This document shows, piece after piece, positions 59,237-64,000 of a DNA stretch of 64,000 nucleotides. Both the position numbers and the translations under genes were made by a program. The notes beneath the pieces are model-generated. The model saw nothing but the letters and a program-made list of their open reading frames with translations. It did no database searches and was not told the DNA's origin. The first letter of the stretch is position 1, and each line of letters begins with the position of its first letter. The stretch is from assembly GCA_028715115.1 (NCBI GenBank), contig JAQUSN010000001.1:385746-449745 (forward strand). The letters are read 5' to 3'. The DNA comes from Patescibacteria group bacterium. Its GTDB lineage: Bacteria > Patescibacteriota > Patescibacteriia > UBA2591 > UBA4787.

Positions 59237-60101
59237 AGAGTTCGGTGGTGTTCAGGTAGTAAACCAATTTGCCACCGGCCGACATTATTATTCTCATGGT
59301 CGGATAAGGGAATGGATCAGCCACAAGTCCTTCCGGAAGTTTGTAGCTTGTATCCTCCCAGCGCCACTCATTGGCCGCCGGATTTTCCGCGCCGGGTTTG
59401 CTCGGAAGGTATTGCGGCTGGATGTCGGATCGCATCATGAATTTGGTGCGTTCCGGATCACGGCCGAGATAAGCGAACGCAGCCTGCTCGATTTCGTCTT
59501 TACTCATCAAAGGCCAGTCCAGCGATCCGTTGCCGGAGCAATTGCCCGGGATGGTGGCGTTGCGTTCGATCGGATAGACAATTCCGATTTCCACAACTTG
59601 GTTCGTCTTTTGCGTTACCTGATATTGATATACTTCACAGCGGTCGTTGATGTAATTTGTCTGCTGGAAGATATACACTGGCCGGTCCCATTCCTCGGGA
59701 TTGTCGGCCGTGAACCCGCCGTCATTTTTTTTGACGTTGCTTAGGATCGCGAAATTGGCCGGATGCTCGTTTTGCGTGATGTATTTGAGCTCCAAATTCT
59801 GATCTCCCATGAACGTCTGGATGGCTCGTTCGGCTTTATCCGGTTCGCTTTGAGCCGGCGGTTTTTCATTGACGAAAGTCCGGCCGTCGGAGGTTCTGCA
59901 TTGTTCCGGATAAGATTCCATTACGGCGAATCCAGCTTCGACACACTGGTCGAAGTTCGTAATGGAGGCCAGGTCTTTAGTTTCGGCCCCACGCGGTGCA
60001 TTGCTGCCTAAAAGGTGATAAACTCCGTAACCGGCCCCAAGAACCGCTACAATGGCGATTACAGCGTAAATTTTGGCGTTTTTAGTCATAGTTTTGTTCA
60101 T
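59229..60101 (-). CDS. Hypothetical membrane-anchored/secreted protein
   Basis: N-terminal TM and small Cys-pair module ITNFDQCVEAGFAVMESYPEQCRTSDGRTF. Confidence 0.7.
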   Translation of the reverse strand: MNKTMTKNAKIYAVIAIVAVLGAGYGVYHLLGSNAPRGAETKDLASITNFDQCVEAGFAVMESYPEQCRTSDGRTFVNEKPPAQSEPDKAERAIQTFMGDQNLELKYITQNEHPANFAILSNVKKNDGGFTADNPEEWDRPVYIFQQTNYINDRCEVYQYQVTQKTNQVVEIGIVYPIERNATIPGNCSGNGSLDWPLMSKDEIEQAAFAYLGRDPERTKFMMRSDIQPQYLPSKPGAENPAANEWRWEDTSYKLPEGLVADPFPYPTMRIIMSAGGKLVYYLNTTELFD

Positions 60102-60227
60102 TAATTATTTTAATTTTGTTTTCGGCCTTTCTACACACAACATGGTCCTAAGGCCGAAGGAAGTCAAACGTATACTTCTATTTTACCGCTTTATCGGTTT
60201 TTTAATAAGAGGTAGGGTTGAAATTCT

Positions 60228-60430
60228 ATACCGATTTTGTACCGATTTTATCCGGTTATAACCCCGAAAGCTGCCCCAGTTTTGCCCCAGTTTTGCCCCA
60301 GTCTGTTTTTCTCGAAAATCATCCAAGTTTTGTCCAAGTTTTATCCAACCTAATACCTGTTTTTTGGTCGCCTTTGGTCGCCATCGTTATCTCTCAAATC
60401 TGCCCACATTTCACCCACGTTTTGCCCAAC
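60228..60430. repeat. Clusters of 10-11-bp direct repeats (iteron-like)
   Basis: TACCGATTTT x2, TGCCCCAGT(TT) x3, TCCAA(GTTTT) x3, TTTGGTCGCC x2 and CCCA-core x3. Confidence 0.7.
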
Positions 60431-60521
60431 CCTTATTTTTTAATTTTCAGCAAGCTTGCTTGCTTTATTTAAGCTATTTTATTAATTATTTTTTCTTACT
60501 CATTCTTTATTACTAAGTGCT

Positions 60522-60965
60522 TCATGGTGGACCAGGGCCGGGGTTCTCTATGGTGCCTGACCGTGCTTCATAGTGAACCCTGGTCGTTTTTAGCAATCGT
60601 GGATTGAGACGATACATCGTGCCGGCCCAGCGGCCGCGATCAAGTACTCCCGGTTTTGTTTCTATAAGTCCGAGCTCGGCCAGTTTTTTCCTGACGCGCC
60701 GGCAGGTAGACCGGCTGAAACCGAATGAAGCGAAACCCTTCTCTTTGTCGTCCCGGCCGAAGAAGATATTATCGGTATGCCAGAACCAGCCGTCCTTATC
60801 GCCGTAGCGGTTTGAGAGATGACTCAGCACCATTAAAAAATCACGCTCGGCATGACTTAAAGCATGGCGCAATTTTTCATCGTCAAAGGGAGCGTGAGGG
60901 GCCGGAAAGAAATTAAAGCTTTTACCACGCGGTTTGAGTTGGTTCGTCTGATTCATAATTTTCAC
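60522..60965 (-). CDS. Winged-HTH DNA-binding protein, replication-initiator-like
   Basis: LSHAERDFLMVL...GWF...GFSRSTCRRVRKKLAELGLIE...TMYRL pattern. Confidence 0.62.
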   Translation of the reverse strand: MKIMNQTNQLKPRGKSFNFFPAPHAPFDDEKLRHALSHAERDFLMVLSHLSNRYGDKDGWFWHTDNIFFGRDDKEKGFASFGFSRSTCRRVRKKLAELGLIETKPGVLDRGRWAGTMYRLNPRLLKTTRVHYEARSGTIENPGPGPP

Positions 60966-61233
60966 TAAGTAATTCGGCTACTTTTTCACTGACGGCCGTT
61001 TCGACCTCCTGGCCGGCTTTTTGGGTTATGGGATGAAAGATGTTGATGTTCTGTCCTCCCACTTTGCGCGTGGGGTAAACCAGGCGGTATCGGCCATCCG
61101 GCCGGCTAAACACGGCCACCGATCCCATCCAAAACTTATCGTCCAGGACAAACGAAACGAACCCGAGGAGGCCGTCCTTGGGTTTGACCGGATAGAATTG
61201 AATTTCACTGATTGTGGTTTGGTTGTAAGTCAT
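60922..61233 (-). CDS. SpoVG-family nucleic-acid-binding protein
   Basis: ISEIQF...LGFVSFVLDD...LVYPTRK...IFHPIT pattern. Confidence 0.75.
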   Translation of the reverse strand: MTYNQTTISEIQFYPVKPKDGLLGFVSFVLDDKFWMGSVAVFSRPDGRYRLVYPTRKVGGQNINIFHPITQKAGQEVETAVSEKVAELLSENYESDEPTQTAW

Positions 61234-61408
61234 GGCTGGTCACTACTTTATCTTTGAAGTCGTCGATGGACGGCTCACCCATGTAGGTGATTTTGTAGAG
61301 TTTGAAAAGATTGTTGGCGCGCAAAGACGCCTCCTCGTCGGAAAGCTTCACGCCGTAGCGTTTTTCGTATAATTCTTTGAATTCTTGTATGGCTTCTTGG
61401 GGCAACAT
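61205..61408 (-). CDS. Hypothetical small protein
   Basis: Overlapping operon with the SpoVG-like gene; MLPQEAIQEFKELYEKRYGVKLSDEEA. Confidence 0.65.
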   Translation of the reverse strand: MLPQEAIQEFKELYEKRYGVKLSDEEASLRANNLFKLYKITYMGEPSIDDFKDKVVTSHDLQPNHNQ

Positions 61409-61799
61409 AAAAGGCTGGCCCCGCCGGGGACTAGCCTTTATCTATCAATTCAAATACTTTTTCGGATCACATCGAGGCGCCTTAGCCTCAGAGGGAAATA
61501 AATTTTGCTTAAAAAATAAAAAGGGCTACCACTTCTAGTCATCAAGCGAAAATAGCAATCGCTGCTTGATAACAGAAGTCGTAGCCCCGTCTCGTTTAGT
61601 TCCGATTGATCGGAACGCCGTCAGGCGAACTCCTATCTGACATCTTTATAATACCGGTCCGGAACGCGGACCGTCAACAGGTCCGTCTGTGGAAAACTTT
61701 TCTGACAAAAGCTGACAAGAAGTTTAAAAACACTTCTCCACAGGCCAGGGTATTTACTGCACATTTTTAATACGCTATAATAAAATTGTGCAAAACAAT

Positions 61800-62900
61800 A
61801 TGAACTCAAAAAAAGACTTAATTTTTGAGCTGGCCGAACTCGGACTGAAGGGAAACAAAGCGGCAATCGTTAAACTTCTAGAAACTATTGCCGTAAAAGA
61901 AATAGGAGCTAATCGACACTCTGCCTATAATAAATTTTTAAATCTCATCGAGAAATATTCTGATGAGACATTTTCGATTTCTCCAAGCTCTATTATTCCA
62001 CAAAAAGACGCTGAACTTTTCATCGATACAAAAAATATTTGGCTGGCTCCCAGTATTGAATCTAAAATAAATAAATTTATTAAATTACATCAAGAAATAG
62101 CAGTACCACAGATTGCGAATCAATTTAATAAATTACTTCTTTACGGTCCCCCTGGCAGCGGTAAAACTACTATAGGTTTTTATGTTGCAAACAAACTCAA
62201 AAAACCTTTAAGTTATGTAAAAATAACGGATGTAATTTCTTCAAGACTTGGTGAGACGATGCATAATATCGCAGATGTTTTTAATCGTACGGATAATGCT
62301 GTGATTTTTATTGATGAATTTGATGCTTTTGCTAAAAATCGTAATGACAAAAATGATGTCGGGGAGTTAAAGAGGATCGTGAACTCCATTATTCAAACTC
62401 TTGATTTTAATTCCAGAAATAAAATTATCATAGTTGCTACCAATTTATTAGAATCTATTGATCCGGCAATTTTAAGAAGGTTTAAATTTAAAATTCTTGT
62501 AGATGAGTTAATTGATGGGGAGAAGGAAAGATTTTTTGATTACTTAATTGAAAAAAATAAAACAAAAAATAGCAAAGTTAATATTGCTGATAATGATAAA
62601 AAATTTTTAATCGATTCTTTAGATGCACTAAAAATAAATACTATTGATGAAATAAATGACTTTTTTGACAAGACATTGGTAAATAACTTAATTGAAAACA
62701 AAAAAGAATTTGAATTGACTGATTTTGTAAAAACGCTATTCATCGAAGATTATCTTAAACAACCAAAGAAACTCAGGAAACAGGACCAAAAAATCCTTTC
62801 GAAACTTTGTAAAATAATGGAAGATGAAGGATACCCAAAAATAAAATTAGCCGAGATAATGGGCATCCATAGGAATTCATATAAGAATTATGCCGAATAA
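61800..62900 (+). CDS. AAA+ ATPase (IetA-like)
   Basis: LLYGPPGSGKT, FIDEFDA, GELKRIVNS and ATN...DPAILRRF motifs. Confidence 0.9.
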   Translation: MNSKKDLIFELAELGLKGNKAAIVKLLETIAVKEIGANRHSAYNKFLNLIEKYSDETFSISPSSIIPQKDAELFIDTKNIWLAPSIESKINKFIKLHQEIAVPQIANQFNKLLLYGPPGSGKTTIGFYVANKLKKPLSYVKITDVISSRLGETMHNIADVFNRTDNAVIFIDEFDAFAKNRNDKNDVGELKRIVNSIIQTLDFNSRNKIIIVATNLLESIDPAILRRFKFKILVDELIDGEKERFFDYLIEKNKTKNSKVNIADNDKKFLIDSLDALKINTIDEINDFFDKTLVNNLIENKKEFELTDFVKTLFIEDYLKQPKKLRKQDQKILSKLCKIMEDEGYPKIKLAEIMGIHRNSYKNYAE

Positions 62901-64000
62901 AAAATATAAACACATAAAGATACCGAACTCCCTTTTTTCAAGGGAGGGTGTTTATACTCCACCACCGCGTAGAAATTACAAAGAGCTTGGAAATTTTGAT
63001 AGAGAAAGACAGAAGAGGAAGGTTTTGAGCGGAGTCAGTAGGATAAATAATTTTTTTTCCGAAAAGGATGCTTCTTTAAAGATTGATGCAGATAAACAGA
63101 TAAATGAGATAAAAATCAAATTTCATGGGCCCGCTAACCAGGATTTCATTTCACGATATAGGATTCAGGTTTATCGACAAGAAGAAAATAAAGAAAAAGA
63201 TTCAACAATTTTTGGGAGAATCAATAATAAGCCCATCGGTAGTCAAAAATCAGATTTTGAGCGTTTGAAGGATGAAGTAAACGCTTACGTAGAGAGAACG
63301 GAGAGAAAATCATATTTTGAAAAAATTAAAGAATTAAAGCCTCTTACTCTTGAAGAAATTTTGGAGAAAGATTTAAAAGATAAATATAAAACTGACCCCA
63401 GTCAGGAGATTTTTATTGATGTTTCTTTTGCTGATAAACAAAACATCGCAACAACAAAACTAAACTCTATCCAGGAACAATTTTCGAATAAATTTATTTC
63501 TAAAGTTAATACTGAACTTTTACACTTCTGTAGATTAAAAGCAAAATACGAAGACGTAGAAAATTTACATAAAAGTTACGAAGGCATTATTGATATTGAA
63601 CAAGCCCCGGATTATGAACTTTTTGGATCATCATTAGAAAAAAATATCGATAATCTAAATATCGTACCTCCTACAGATGACGGGGACCCTGCTTTTGTTC
63701 TTGACGGGGCCGTTAACTCAAATCACCTCACACTTAATGGAGCAGTAGTCCAATCTGTGGGACCTCATGGTGGTGACAAAAAACACGGGACCGCAGTGGC
63801 CAGTTTAGTGGTTTGCGGTTATCGCTTGGATATACAAGGCAATATTCAGCAGGATAATAAAATTATTGTCGTTGATGTTTCCGATGGCCAAAATAATTTT
63901 TTAAAACTTGAAGAAAAAATCATAGAAACAGTTGAGCAGAATGCGCCAAATTATAGACTTTTATTGTTAAATCTATCGATAAATAATTACTATTTCTATA
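62890..64000 (+). CDS. S8 subtilisin-like serine protease (IetS-like), 3' end outside the window, absent from the ORF track
   Basis: Manual translation from ATG 62890: FVLDGAV (Asp), HGTAVASL (His) and LNLS. Overlaps the ATPase stop. Confidence 0.85.
   Translation, partial: MPNKKYKHIKIPNSLFSREGVYTPPPRRNYKELGNFDRERQKRKVLSGVSRINNFFSEKDASLKIDADKQINEIKIKFHGPANQDFISRYRIQVYRQEENKEKDSTIFGRINNKPIGSQKSDFERLKDEVNAYVERTERKSYFEKIKELKPLTLEEILEKDLKDKYKTDPSQEIFIDVSFADKQNIATTKLNSIQEQFSNKFISKVNTELLHFCRLKAKYEDVENLHKSYEGIIDIEQAPDYELFGSSLEKNIDNLNIVPPTDDGDPAFVLDGAVNSNHLTLNGAVVQSVGPHGGDKKHGTAVASLVVCGYRLDIQGNIQQDNKIIVVDVSDGQNNFLKLEEKIIETVEQNAPNYRLLLLNLSINNYYFY

Larger units (their letters stand above)
57659..64000. 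mobile_element. Integrative element at tRNA-Asn (left part, extends beyond the window)
   Basis: Recombinase abuts the tRNA, GC visibly rises at about 57.7-61.7 kb, strand switches, and SpoVG/HTH and defence-like cargo genes follow. Confidence 0.8.

Noticed and set aside
57660-60011. Plus-strand ORFs inside the integrative element (e.g. 58172..58639, 59199..59744)
   Set aside because: They are antisense shadows of the recombinase and surface-protein genes in GC-richer DNA.
60228-60430. Possible CRISPR array
   Set aside because: Repeats are only 10-11 bp, adjacent and non-identical between clusters, with no spacer pattern or cas genes.

Overview
AT-rich bacterial chromosome segment, most likely Patescibacteria/CPR (Parcubacteria-like). 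This is inferred from the lack of rpmD between rpsE and rplO, A/T-rich starts mostly without Shine-Dalgarno sites, and small GC-rich palindromes in spacers. It holds htrA, an N-terminally short prfB, a split comEC, rpmB, the str-S10-spc cluster through secY-adk-map, parAB, a PLP enzyme followed by 11 tandem paralogous SAM-methyltransferase genes, CIRCE-hrcA-grpE-dnaK, lepB, a motif-degenerate hisS and dnaG-rpoD. It ends with the left part of a serine-recombinase element at tRNA-Asn that carries an AAA-ATPase/S8-protease (IetAS-like) pair. The most unusual signal is non-coding. At three loci (Pro-GGG, Leu-CAA, Ser-GGA) an intact tRNA gene is nested inside a broken tRNA shell of apparently the same isotype, studded with 16-20 bp palindromes. 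At a fourth locus (Asn-GTT) a broken 5' tRNA copy is followed by a GIY-YIG nuclease gene whose stop codon lies inside the intact tRNA. Together these suggest a tRNA-targeting, tRNA-replacing element. Two families of structured intergenic elements also close their stems over downstream AUG start codons. All alignments and folds were done by eye.
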